NCBI GenBank assembly: GCA_963727895.1
Contig: CAVSHT010000008.1
Coordinates: 96,001 to 160,000, forward strand
DNA: 64,000 nucleotides
Direction of reading: 5' to 3'
Source of the DNA: an uncultured Methanosarcinaceae archaeon
GTDB lineage: Archaea; Halobacteriota; Methanosarcinia; Methanosarcinales; Methanosarcinaceae
The notes under the pieces were generated by a model. The model was given only the letters and a program-made list of their open reading frames with translations. It made no database searches and was not told the origin of the DNA. Shown here one piece after another: positions 9,593-19,710 of this stretch. The translations under genes were made by a program, and so were the position numbers. The stretch's first letter is position 1, and each line of letters opens with the position of its first letter.

Positions 9593-10798
9593 ATGGAAAT
9601 GCTTTACAGAAAAATGCCAACGAACGGTGACGAACTTTCAATACTCGGATTTGGGTGTATGCGTCTTCCAGTGAAAGAAGACGGCACAATAGATGAAGAA
9701 AGAGCTACCAAGCAAGTTCGCTATGCAATTGATCATGGAGTAAATTACATAGATACTGCATGGCCGTATCATATGGGAGAAAGCGAGCCTTTCCTTGGAA
9801 AAGCCCTTGCCGAGGGATACAGAGAAAAGGTTAAAATCGCCACGAAACTTCCATCCTGGACAATACAAAAAGCAGATGATATGGACCGAATCTTGAATGC
9901 CCAGCTTGAGAGACTAAGGACAGATCATATAGATTATTATATGGTACATGGGCTTGTAGGGATTTTGTGGGATAAAATGGAAAAGCTTGATATCCTGAAC
10001 TTTCTTGACAGAGCAAAGGCTGATGGACGAATTATAAATGCAGGTTTTTCCTTTCATGGATCGGTTGAGGATTTCAAGCGGATTGTTGATGCATATCCCT
10101 GGGCTTTCTGCCAGATACAGTATAATTTTCTGGATGAAAAACATCAAGCAGGAACTGAAGGGCTTGAGTATGCCGCTTCAAAAGGACTTGGCGTAATTAT
10201 AATGGAGCCTCTGCGCGGAGGGAAGCTTACAAACCCCGTGCCTCCAGAGGTACAGCATATCTGGAACGAAGCAGAAGTAAAACGAACCCCTGCAGAGTGG
10301 GCCCTTCGCTGGGTGTGGAACCGACCTGAGGTTACAGTTGTACTTTCAGGAATGAATGAAGAATCACAGGTAGAAGAGAACCTGAAAATTGCAGATGAAG
10401 CCTACCCAAATTCCCTGACTGAAACCGAACTGCAACTTGTCAAAAAAGTGGAAAAAAAGTACAGGGAACTTATGAAGACAGGTTGTACTGGTTGCAGATA
10501 CTGTTTACCCTGTCCTTCGGGCGTGGATATCCCTGGCTGTTTTGAAATCTACGATAATTACTACCTGTCAGGCAATGAAAAAGAAGCGAAACTGATGTAT
10601 GCAGCAAAACCCGGAGGAATTATTAGAGGTGACGTCCCTGCATATGCATCCCAATGTGTGCAGTGCAGACAGTGCGTTGAGAAATGCCCACAACATCTTG
10701 ATATCCCTTCCCTGCTTGAAGCTGTGAAAGAGAAATTTGAGGGAAAAGACCTGAAAGGATGGAAAGTTATGGCAAAAAAAGCTTTTAGGAAAGAATAA
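9593..10798 (+). CDS. Aldo/keto reductase with C-terminal 4Fe-4S dicluster
   Basis: LGFGCMRLP, YIDTAWPY, CTGCRYCLPCP and CVQCRQCVEKCP. Confidence 0.93.
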   Translation: MEMLYRKMPTNGDELSILGFGCMRLPVKEDGTIDEERATKQVRYAIDHGVNYIDTAWPYHMGESEPFLGKALAEGYREKVKIATKLPSWTIQKADDMDRILNAQLERLRTDHIDYYMVHGLVGILWDKMEKLDILNFLDRAKADGRIINAGFSFHGSVEDFKRIVDAYPWAFCQIQYNFLDEKHQAGTEGLEYAASKGLGVIIMEPLRGGKLTNPVPPEVQHIWNEAEVKRTPAEWALRWVWNRPEVTVVLSGMNEESQVEENLKIADEAYPNSLTETELQLVKKVEKKYRELMKTGCTGCRYCLPCPSGVDIPGCFEIYDNYYLSGNEKEAKLMYAAKPGGIIRGDVPAYASQCVQCRQCVEKCPQHLDIPSLLEAVKEKFEGKDLKGWKVMAKKAFRKE

Positions 10799-10924
10799 AG
10801 ATCAGATGATAAAGCACTGATCTTTTTAGCTTTTTAAAGCTTCAGCTTTTATAAACCTTGTCTATGTGTGTTTTTATTAATTTTGTACTGGTTAACTTAT
10901 ATATACATTTTTATTTTTTTTCGT

Positions 10925-11491
10925 TTAGAGTTCCTTGCCTATCGAAAAAGCTTTTCCAATACTGCATCCAACTCCATAATAGTTTCTATTCCCTGGGCTG
11001 TATATCACAGGTTTAATTTTCTCAATATCAGGGTTTCCATTTTCATCAAGTACAGATTCATCGGCTTTAATGTCCACGATTTCCCCTACAAATAATGTAT
11101 GAAGCCCGATTTCAAGAGTATGAAGGAGTTTGCATTCGAGGACAAATGGAAATTCTCCTACATATGGAGCAGGCACAAGCTCACTTCTTACCGGTGTCAG
11201 ACAGGCGGTCTCAAACTTATCTTCTTCCTTTCCGCTTGCAATGCCGAAATGATCCACCTGCTTTACGTAATCTTCTGATGGGATACTGACAGTAAATGCC
11301 TTGTTTTCCATGATACATGCGTAAGTATAAGTCACTTTTCTTAAGGATACGCTGACACATGGAGGATTTGAACAGCAAATTCCTCCCCAGGCTACTGTCA
11401 TGGCATTTGGCTTTCCATTCATGTCATAGGCTCCAACAACCCATGCTGGCGTTGGAAATGTAAGTGGCTTTGCTCCTATTGATTGTTTCAT
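10925..11491 (-). CDS. Flavoredoxin / flavin reductase family protein
   Basis: [25 protein letters not shown] and [10 protein letters not shown]. Confidence 0.9.
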   Translation of the reverse strand: MKQSIGAKPLTFPTPAWVVGAYDMNGKPNAMTVAWGGICCSNPPCVSVSLRKVTYTYACIMENKAFTVSIPSEDYVKQVDHFGIASGKEEDKFETACLTPVRSELVPAPYVGEFPFVLECKLLHTLEIGLHTLFVGEIVDIKADESVLDENGNPDIEKIKPVIYSPGNRNYYGVGCSIGKAFSIGKEL

Positions 11492-11530
11492 ACCAGTGCT
11501 TTTGTTTTAGATAAGATATAAATCTATTAT

Positions 11531-12325
11531 TTAGTTTTGATTGGCGGGAAGAGATCCATTTGGTATATCCAATAATTTAGTCTTAGTGAATTGGGTATCT
11601 TTCTCGAAAAAACTAAAATGGGGTTTATCAGAATAACCATGTACCCACATATAGAATTCAATACCAAAGACTGAAGGTCTAAATAAAATTCCGGGAACGG
11701 TTGCTACTTGACAATGTAATTCTTTAAGGTCATTTTCTCCGGTTACTGTAGCTACTTCAATCAAACCTAACCTAGTAAGTCCCCATATAGTATTTGAAAG
11801 CATTAGATCGAATTCATTTTTTTCCTGAATATCCATAGATTGCATGTATACATCAAATGGTAGAAACACTTCCGTTTTCCTTCTATCTTGAGAATAATTA
11901 AGATTAAAATTGTTGTCATTAAATAATTCTTATAGAATTGTATAAAATATGTAATGAGTTCGTATTTGATAAGATGACATTGATTCTAGTAGTGATAAAT
12001 AAATTAGACCTCTATCATCCCTCGAGCTACAATTACGCGAAGAAGCTAACACTCCTCCAAAATACTCAAGAGTTAACTCGTCCTCACAAAAAACACCATC
12101 ATCAAAAATACGTTTTAAGATTCTAGGACTTACCTGCCCAGGTGATTCAATTTTGGAACCAAGAATTGTTGTAGCATGAATAAAAATATGTTCAATGTTT
12201 TTGCAGGATTTCTCAACAAGGTTCTTTGTCTCATTTCCGAGATAATCTGCTGTAGGACCAAGTAATTTAAAAATTAGATCCTTTCCACCAATTAAAACTA
12301 AGCCAGTACCTATACTTATACTCAT
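11531..12325 (-). pseudogene. Abi-alpha/DUF4393-like hypothetical gene with one in-frame TAA
   Basis: ORFs 11930-12325 and 11531-11869 share a frame and are separated only by TAA at 11930-11932. SPRILKRI..EDELTLEYFGGVLASS..LLESMS resembles the DUF4393 pattern (family call tentative). Confidence 0.6.
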
Positions 12326-12522
12326 AACAATCGTTAAAAATTAAAAGTTTACACAATAATTAAATCTTTCCATTTTTGTAAGCCTCCAAAGAAGACAAAA
12401 TCTAGACACCAGACTTCAAGTGTTAATGAACCATTTGAGAAAACAAAGAAATTGCCTTCATTGTAGGTATTGTCCCGATAGAAATATTTTATTTTGCGGA
12501 TATTGCTTTATTCTGGATTTTT

Positions 12523-12662
12523 GGTTCTGTAGAAATCCTGAATATTCAGGCAAAAATCAAAGTTAACAAGAATTCAAAAAATATTATTATATTATTAATT
12601 ATTGGATATATTCGTCGGTTTCAACCTACTAATGGCTAATTTGATATAGTTTCTACAGAGCC
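12523..12662. mobile_element. MITE with GG(T/C)TCTGTAGAAA ends
   Basis: TIR GGTTCTGTAGAAA / TTTCTACAGAGCC, 8-bp target duplication GGATTTTT. Homolog at 57337-57468. Confidence 0.9.
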
Positions 12663-13038
12663 GGATTTTTTGTTAGTTTTTTACAGTCTTTTCGATGAAA
12701 AAAACCAACAAAAAATGAAAAAATTTATTTCGCTATCGTTTTCGATCAAAAGAGTTTCATTTTTGAGCATTTTCACTTACGTGATATTTGAAGGAAAAAG
12801 CATTTTTTCGATAAAGTTTTAGTCACCATTTTTACTTAATTTCCGGTTTTTTTCGCTGGATATCTGACAGTTTCACAATATGAAGTCAATTAAAAAATTA
12901 TTATTATTTTTTATAGTTGCCGTTATATAATATGTTGGCTATAAGATATATACAGGAGTATTAACTTCTTATTTTCCTTCCCATAAAAAATGATAAGAGA
13001 GGATTTTCGGGAAGGGAAAAATCACCGGGGGTTTTAGA

Positions 13039-13386
13039 TTGCGACATGTAAACAAATATGGTAAGCTATTGCTTAGTGCATACATTATGAAAAAACTTAA
13101 GTCAGGTGGGGCTCCAAAGGGCAGGAGAAATATGGGTAAATATATTAAGCTGGCTGTTGGGGCTTATCTTCTTGATAGATTCAAGGCAGGAAAAGTTGAA
13201 AAAGAGATCGAAGCCGAAATAAAACCTGAAGAAATGATAATGGGTAAAGCAGTAGAAGCTGAAACAGGTAAGAGATCCTCAATGGGAATCGGTAAAATGA
13301 TTCTAGGAGCTCTTACAGGCGCGACACTTGTATATGCTCTTAAAAAGCGTGCTGCTAAAAAAAGGTCTAAAATCGACGTAGAATGA
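13039..13386 (+). CDS. Hypothetical basic protein with three short amphipathic repeats
   Basis: KYGKLLLSAYIM, KYIKLAVGAYLL and KMILGALTGATL segments; TTG start. Confidence 0.6.
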   Translation: MRHVNKYGKLLLSAYIMKKLKSGGAPKGRRNMGKYIKLAVGAYLLDRFKAGKVEKEIEAEIKPEEMIMGKAVEAETGKRSSMGIGKMILGALTGATLVYALKKRAAKKRSKIDVE

Positions 13387-13391
13387 ACTTA

Positions 13392-13466
13392 GATACATTG
13401 AATTGATACATTGAATTGATACACTGAATTGATACACTGAATTGATACACTGAATTGATACACTGA
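13392..13466. repeat. 13-bp tandem repeat, about 5.8 copies
   Basis: GATACA(T/C)TGAATT units: two T variants followed by C variants. Confidence 0.95.
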
Positions 13467-13560
13467 CTTTGGCATTTTCAGGTAAAATAAGTTCGTCTAC
13501 ATACAAGTTATTTTTAAATTGTTTTAATTGTTTTTATTGATATTTTAAAGGGAGTTTTTT

Positions 13561-14292
13561 TTATTTATCTCCCAATTTATCAATAAGTTCACTACTTCCC
13601 TTACTATCGTGGACTATAAAAGTGAATTTACCATCCTTCAAATTCATTTTTGCAAATTCAAAACCTTTTTTTAATCTCTGGAAGTCTTCAAAGTTTTCAT
13701 AAGTCTTAAGCGTGTCCTCAAGCTCCGAAATATATCTTAAGAGAAGATTATCTGCTAGTTTTCGGCTGTCTTCTATAGAGATTGGGGACCCTAGACCTTC
13801 ACACTCACAGGTCTGTAGTCGGAGCTCTTCGATATAAAAAGGATAAGTACTGCATAGCATCGGCCGCACCGGATAAATTCTACATTTGTGCGTATTTCTT
13901 TCAAGGAAAATGCAATCTCCGCTTCTTTTCCTTCTGAGTATCCATCCAAAAGTATGAATCTTGCCCTCAGAATCGATAAACTCTTTAAGAGATTCAAGAA
14001 GCTCAAAAGAGAGATATTCTTTGTTTTTCTCTGATGAATTAGATGAAGTTTCAGGATATTTTTCTTCATTTTCAAAGACATCATTTTGGGTAGAAGAGTC
14101 AAGCACAAAAGGCCTTACAATTTCAAGTTTTGATAAGCCTGTAGATTCCTGGATATTTTCGATGTCTGAAGGGATCACTGCTACTCTATTGTCCCCAAAA
14201 GCTTGCCTACAGCATTTTCCACATTGACGACAGAAAAAACCGATTTTTTGGATTTCAACTGCTAGTTTTTCATAATCAAGTTTGCGAGCCAT
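13561..14292 (-). CDS. YkgJ-family CxxCxxCC cysteine-cluster protein
   Basis: FFCRQCGKCC, DCIFL, CRIYPVRPMLCSTYPF and CEGLG. Start taken at MARKL. Confidence 0.88.
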   Translation of the reverse strand: MARKLDYEKLAVEIQKIGFFCRQCGKCCRQAFGDNRVAVIPSDIENIQESTGLSKLEIVRPFVLDSSTQNDVFENEEKYPETSSNSSEKNKEYLSFELLESLKEFIDSEGKIHTFGWILRRKRSGDCIFLERNTHKCRIYPVRPMLCSTYPFYIEELRLQTCECEGLGSPISIEDSRKLADNLLLRYISELEDTLKTYENFEDFQRLKKGFEFAKMNLKDGKFTFIVHDSKGSSELIDKLGDK

Positions 14293-14539
14293 TTCTATTT
14301 CTTTTTTGAGATAGGCAATAAGAAGTAGCTGATAGGTTGTTTTTCTGGATGCCTGTTTATTGCCTATGATGGGAGCTTCCATGCAAAGACTCGTGTCCTG
14401 CTGGTACATCAAATTAACGCAAGTAAAACTTGATGTGATTAATACTCGTAAATCTGATTCTGAAAAATATATACCTGGCTAAAAATGGATCTTAATAAGA
14501 AACTATATATCAGGGAACCTGATTTAAACTTTAGTTTAT

Positions 14540-15043
14540 ATGTGGCAGACATTACTCAAAAAATTTGAAAAATATCCTGCACAGGCAAAAGTGCTTAAGT
14601 TGATTTTTGAACGTGGATTTCAAGTTAACGAAGAAGGGAAGGTTACCTCTGGAAGTATTGAGATTGCTCATACTCAGCTTGCAAAGGAAGCTGATGTTGA
14701 CCGGCGTGTGGTTGATGCAACTACAAAGACCATTATTTCAGACGAACTTTTAAGTAGAATTTTCAAAAATGTTCATTCGATTCCTTTTCTTAGAGACGTA
14801 GCCCCTTCACTTGGCCTTGGAGTAATCATTATTATCCCTGAAGATGCAGCTCACGTAGGCATTATTGCAGAAGTTGCAAGCCTGATTTCTGAAAGCAATG
14901 TGAGTATACGCCAGGCTGTCTCGGATGATCCCTATCTTACTGACGATCCAAGACTCACGATAATTACCGATAAAAAAGTGCCTGGGGAGCTCGTGGATAA
15001 GATTCTAGAATTACCATCGGTCAAAGGAGTAAGCATTTATTGA
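14540..15043 (+). CDS. ACT-domain regulator of amino acid metabolism (archaeal)
   Basis: N-terminal HTH-like LAKEADVDRRVV and C-terminal ACT-like GIIAEVASLISESNVSIRQAVSDDP. Confidence 0.85.
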   Translation: MWQTLLKKFEKYPAQAKVLKLIFERGFQVNEEGKVTSGSIEIAHTQLAKEADVDRRVVDATTKTIISDELLSRIFKNVHSIPFLRDVAPSLGLGVIIIIPEDAAHVGIIAEVASLISESNVSIRQAVSDDPYLTDDPRLTIITDKKVPGELVDKILELPSVKGVSIY

Positions 15044-15281
15044 ACCTTCTTCTGTGTCATGGGCTAAGATTCAATAAAATAATATAAAATAAAGTAAAAT
15101 CTGAATAATTAACTATAACTCCACTTGAAAGGCCGCTTTTCCTATTTAACCAGACTTTTCCGTGAACATTAGCCTATTTTCTGCCATATTGGTTCTAAAG
15201 TATGCAATGACATATAGTATATTAAGACAGCTTTACGCAGAGATTCCAAACAAGAAATAAGAATTTTTTTTATAAATATTT

Positions 15282-15453
15282 ACATATTTGAAGGAATTCT
15301 TTCTTCCAGAACCATTGAAAATTATAATTAATATATATTATGATTCAGTCTCCCGATTATCCTGTTATAGTAAAAAGTCATGAGAACTGAATCATAATAT
15401 ATATTAATTATAATTTTCAATGGTTCTGGAAGAAAGAATTCCTTCAAATATGT
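15282..15453. repeat. Perfect 68-bp inverted repeat with 36-bp spacer
   Basis: Arm 15282-15349 is the exact reverse complement of 15386-15453. Confidence 0.97.
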
Positions 15454-15528
15454 GTAAAATCACAAATCCAAAGGTTTTTAAGCAGATCTTAGTTAATCCT
15501 AGAAAAATTCAGCTGGAGAAGACGCATC

Positions 15529-16083
15529 ATGCAAGAAAAAATAAAAGAAATTGCAGATAGAATACATGAATTGCGTGAATTATCGGATTTCACTGTCAAA
15601 GACATGGCAGAATATTTACAAGTATCCGATGAAACCTATGAAAATTATGAAAATGGAATTGAAGACATTCCAGCAAGTATACTTTTCGAAATTGCACACA
15701 AACTGCGCGTAGATATGGCTACACTCCTGACAGGAGAAGAGCCCCGCATGAATATCTTTACAGTCACACGAGATGGAAAAGGGGTCAGTGTCGAGAGAAG
15801 AAAGCAGTATAAGTACCAGAACCTGGCTGAAAACTTCATTCATAAAAAGGCTGAATTTTTTATAGTCTCAGTAGAACCCAAACCTGACGAGACAAAACCT
15901 GAAACCAATTCACATCCAGGGCAAGAATTTGATTATGTACTTGAAGGAAGTCTGAAGGTCTATATCCACAACAATGTGATTGTCTTGAAAAAAGGAGATT
16001 CCATTTATTTTGATTCCACTTATGAACATGCTATGGAAGCTCTGGAAGGAGAAACAGCCAAGTTTCTGGCAGTTATAATATAA
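15529..16083 (+). CDS. XRE-family HTH-cupin transcriptional regulator
   Basis: N-terminal HTH (RIHELRE..YENG) and cupin [21 protein letters not shown]. Confidence 0.92.
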   Translation: MQEKIKEIADRIHELRELSDFTVKDMAEYLQVSDETYENYENGIEDIPASILFEIAHKLRVDMATLLTGEEPRMNIFTVTRDGKGVSVERRKQYKYQNLAENFIHKKAEFFIVSVEPKPDETKPETNSHPGQEFDYVLEGSLKVYIHNNVIVLKKGDSIYFDSTYEHAMEALEGETAKFLAVII

Positions 16084-16316
16084 TTCATTAATTTGACTTT
16101 GTTTTGGTAGATTCCATTTAAGTAGATAGTTTATCAACTCGATACAATGAATTCAATTTAAGAGAATTTGGTCTCAAACTCGATAAGAAATCCGATATCC
16201 AGGATAGGCTTGAAAAATATCCAAGATAAAGCTTGAAAATCTTGAAATTTAAATGAGTTCATGAAGCCTTCAAAATATAGAAGCTATAGAAATAAGTAGA
16301 TAAAACGGGTGTCTAA

Positions 16317-17996
16317 ATGACTTCTTTGCTCAATAAATTTGTTTATAAAACTGATTTTGAATCCTATGAAGATTTTGAGAAAAACTTCAAAATCCTTGTT
16401 CCTGAAAACTTCAACTTTGCCTATGATGTGGTAGGTGCCTATGCAAGAGATTCCCCTGAAAAGATCGCAATGATCTGGTGTAACGACAACGGGAAAGAAA
16501 AAATCTTTACTTTTAAAGACCTGAAGTACTACAGCGACAAAACCGCAAATTTCTTTGCAAAGCATGGAATTGGCAAGGGTGACTATGTAATGCTCACCTT
16601 AAAGAGCCGATATGAATTTTGGTACTGTATCATTGCGCTTCATAAATTGGGAGCCATTGCTGTACCTGCAACCCACATGCTCAAGACAAGAGATATTATA
16701 TATAGGATCAAAAAAGCCGGGCTGAAGATGATCGTCTGCATATCGGAAAACGGTGTTCCCGAACAGATTGACGAAGCACACTCCGAATGCGGAAATATCG
16801 AACTCAAAAAAGCAGTTGTTGGAGGAAAAGCCCGAGAAGGCTGGATTGATTTCAGGAAAGAACTCGAAGAATCCTCTCCTGATTTTGAACGCCCTTCAGG
16901 TGAAGCTGCTACGAAAAATAGTGATATATCTCTCGTGTATTTCTCTTCAGGGACTGCCAGCTTCCCGAAAATGGTTGAACACGACTATACTTATCCCCTA
17001 GGACATATTCTTACCGCAAAATACTGGCAGAATGTAGAAGATGACGGGCTGCATTATACAGTTGCCGACAGCGGCTGGGGAAAGTGCGTATGGGGAAAAC
17101 TCTATGGGCAATGGATTGCAGGTTGTGCGGTCTTTGTCTATGACTACGACAGATTTGAAGCCAGAAACATGCTTGATAAAGCCGCTAAATACGGAGTTAC
17201 AACTTTCTGTGCCCCGCCAACAATTTACCGATTTCTGATTAAAGAAGGTCTCTCAAAATCCGATTTTAGTACCCTGAAATATGCAGTAGTTGCAGGTGAA
17301 CCTCTTAATCCTGAAGTATATAATCGATTCCTTGAATTTACAGGAATAAAACTCATGGAAGGATTCGGGCAGACTGAAACTGTTGTAAGTATCGCAACTT
17401 ATCCATGGATGGAACCAAAACCCGGATCTATTGGAAGACCATCTCCTGGGTATAAAATTGAATTGATGGACAAAGACGGTAGGCTCTGTGAAGTAGGAGA
17501 AGAAGGAGAACTCGTAATCAACACAAAGGAAGGAAAACCTGTAGGACTCTTTGCCCACTATGGAAATGATCCAAAGAAAACTGAGGAAGCTTGGCATGAC
17601 GGCTATTATCATACAGGAGATATGGCCTGGATGGATGAAGATGGCTACCTATGGTTTGTGGGAAGAGCTGACGATATCATAAAAACTTCAGGATATAAAG
17701 TAGGACCTTTTGAAGTGGAAAGTGCTCTTATCCAGCATCCTGCAGTGCTCGAGTGTGCAATTACAGGTGCTCCTGACCCTGTAAGAGGTCAGATTATCAA
17801 GGCAACCGTTGTGCTCACAAAAGGATACAAACCTGAAGATTCACTTAAGAAAGAGCTTCAGGAACACGTAAAAAAAGTTACTGCTCCCTACAAGTATCCG
17901 CGTATTATAGAGTTTGTGGAAGAGCTTCCAAAGACAATTAGCGGAAAAATCCGCAGGGTTGAGATCAGGGATAAAGATCAAAACGAACTAAACTAA
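16317..17996 (+). CDS. AMP-forming acyl-CoA synthetase
   Basis: [28 protein letters not shown] and LPKTISGKI. Confidence 0.95.
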   Translation: MTSLLNKFVYKTDFESYEDFEKNFKILVPENFNFAYDVVGAYARDSPEKIAMIWCNDNGKEKIFTFKDLKYYSDKTANFFAKHGIGKGDYVMLTLKSRYEFWYCIIALHKLGAIAVPATHMLKTRDIIYRIKKAGLKMIVCISENGVPEQIDEAHSECGNIELKKAVVGGKAREGWIDFRKELEESSPDFERPSGEAATKNSDISLVYFSSGTASFPKMVEHDYTYPLGHILTAKYWQNVEDDGLHYTVADSGWGKCVWGKLYGQWIAGCAVFVYDYDRFEARNMLDKAAKYGVTTFCAPPTIYRFLIKEGLSKSDFSTLKYAVVAGEPLNPEVYNRFLEFTGIKLMEGFGQTETVVSIATYPWMEPKPGSIGRPSPGYKIELMDKDGRLCEVGEEGELVINTKEGKPVGLFAHYGNDPKKTEEAWHDGYYHTGDMAWMDEDGYLWFVGRADDIIKTSGYKVGPFEVESALIQHPAVLECAITGAPDPVRGQIIKATVVLTKGYKPEDSLKKELQEHVKKVTAPYKYPRIIEFVEELPKTISGKIRRVEIRDKDQNELN

Positions 17997-18047
17997 AGAT
18001 ACTAGCTGGAAGTCCATAATAAGATAAATAGAGAAAATAATAGAGCC

Positions 18048-18086
18048 TGTTATGATCCGGAAATAGACAACTTGCGGATCATAACA
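18048..18086. repeat. 12-bp perfect inverted repeat (hairpin) downstream of the acyl-CoA synthetase
   Basis: TGTTATGATCCG 18048-18059 / CGGATCATAACA 18075-18086. Confidence 0.8.
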
Positions 18087-18384
18087 AAAAGGAAAAGAAA
18101 GAAATAAGTACCTTAAACCTTCTGAAATGTTTATTTTAAGAAGATTTGGTTCAAAATTGACTTTATAGTTTTATTTGATTTTCTTTTAACTAATAACCAT
18201 ACGTTTTACAATGCAAGAAACGTATGGAAACCTAAAGCTCTTCTTTCTGGCATGCAAAAGGTTGAAAAAACAGAGACTGCAAAGGTCGAAAGAGAACGAC
18301 CCCAGATTTTTCCAAATCCAGTAATGTACCTGAAAACCAGGAAGAGTACAAGGGTAAATTGAAAAGTAAAATGTGAGGATTCAT

Positions 18385-18633
18385 ATGTCAAACAATGATA
18401 AAAAAGAACCTTATCCTGTTATTAATACTCTGGAGTGCAAGGCCTGCGGACGCTGCCTTCTTGCCTGTCCCAAAGGTGTACTTTTTATGAGTGAAGACCT
18501 GAATGCACGAGGCTACCATTATGTGGAATATAAAGGAGAAGGTTGCTCAGGCTGTGCAAGCTGCTATTATACCTGTCCGGAACCGCTTGCAATCGAAATT
18601 CATATTCCTCTAAAAACTCAGGAAGCAATTTAA
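18385..18633 (+). CDS. vorC: 2[4Fe-4S] ferredoxin subunit of 2-ketoisovalerate oxidoreductase
   Basis: [12 protein letters not shown] and [12 protein letters not shown]; first gene of the vor cluster. Confidence 0.85.
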   Translation: MSNNDKKEPYPVINTLECKACGRCLLACPKGVLFMSEDLNARGYHYVEYKGEGCSGCASCYYTCPEPLAIEIHIPLKTQEAI

Positions 18634-18654
18634 CTCAGAAAAGGAGGAAAAACT

Positions 18655-19710
18655 ATGACAACACAACTCATAAAAGGTAATTCTGCAATAATTGTCGGTG
18701 CACTCTATGCTGGATGTGACTGCTTCTTTGGATATCCAATAACTCCGGCAAGTGAGATTCTTCACGATGCATCCAAATATTTGCCGAAAATAGGCAGGAA
18801 ATTCGTCCAGGCTGAGTCTGAAGAGGCGGCGATTAACATGGTCTATGGAGGAGCAGCTGCAGGGCACAGAGTCATGACATCATCTTCAGGTCCTGGAATT
18901 AGCCTGATGCAGGAAGGAATTTCCTACCTTGCTGGCTCCGAACTTCCCTGCGTGGTTGTTGATATAATGAGAGCAGGTCCTGGGCTGGGAAACATAGGGC
19001 CGGAGCAGGCAGATTACAGTCAGGTAGTAAAAGGTGGAGGGCATGGGAACTACAAAAATATCGTGCTTGCCCCAAATTCAGTGCAGGAAATGTGCGATTT
19101 TACCATGAAAGCTTTTGAGCTTGCTTTCAAGTACAGGAATCCAGCTGTGGTGCTTGCAGATGGTGTTCTCGGACAGATGATTGAGTCACTAGAATTCCCA
19201 AAGCAAGCTATTGTCCCTGAGATTGATACTACCTGGGCAGTTAACGGTACAGCTGAAACCAGACCTAACCTGATAACCTCTATTTTTCTGGACTTCAATG
19301 AGCTAGAAATGTTCAATGAAAAACTGCAAGCAAAGTATGAGCTCATAAAGAAGAATGAAGTAGATTATGAGGAGTACCTGACTGATGATGCTTCAATTAT
19401 CCTTGTTTCATATGGGATAAGCAGTCGTATATGCAGGTCAGCTGTAGATTTTGCCAGGAAAGAAGGTATCAAAGTAGGGCTTTTTAGACCAAAGACACTG
19501 TTCCCATTCCCTGCAGCACAGTTGAAATCTCTGGCAGACAGAGGCTGTTCATTTATTTCTGTAGAAATGAGCAATGGACAGATGATAGATGATGTCAGGC
19601 TTGCAATCAATTGTTCACAGCCTGTAGAGCTTGTAAATCGTATGGGAGGGAATTTAATAGCCCTCGATAAGATCATGGACAAAATAAGGAAAATGGCAGG
19701 AGAGGCATGA
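18655..19710 (+). CDS. vorB: 2-ketoisovalerate:ferredoxin oxidoreductase alpha-type subunit
   Basis: [24 protein letters not shown] and RAGPGLG. Confidence 0.9.
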   Translation: MTTQLIKGNSAIIVGALYAGCDCFFGYPITPASEILHDASKYLPKIGRKFVQAESEEAAINMVYGGAAAGHRVMTSSSGPGISLMQEGISYLAGSELPCVVVDIMRAGPGLGNIGPEQADYSQVVKGGGHGNYKNIVLAPNSVQEMCDFTMKAFELAFKYRNPAVVLADGVLGQMIESLEFPKQAIVPEIDTTWAVNGTAETRPNLITSIFLDFNELEMFNEKLQAKYELIKKNEVDYEEYLTDDASIILVSYGISSRICRSAVDFARKEGIKVGLFRPKTLFPFPAAQLKSLADRGCSFISVEMSNGQMIDDVRLAINCSQPVELVNRMGGNLIALDKIMDKIRKMAGEA

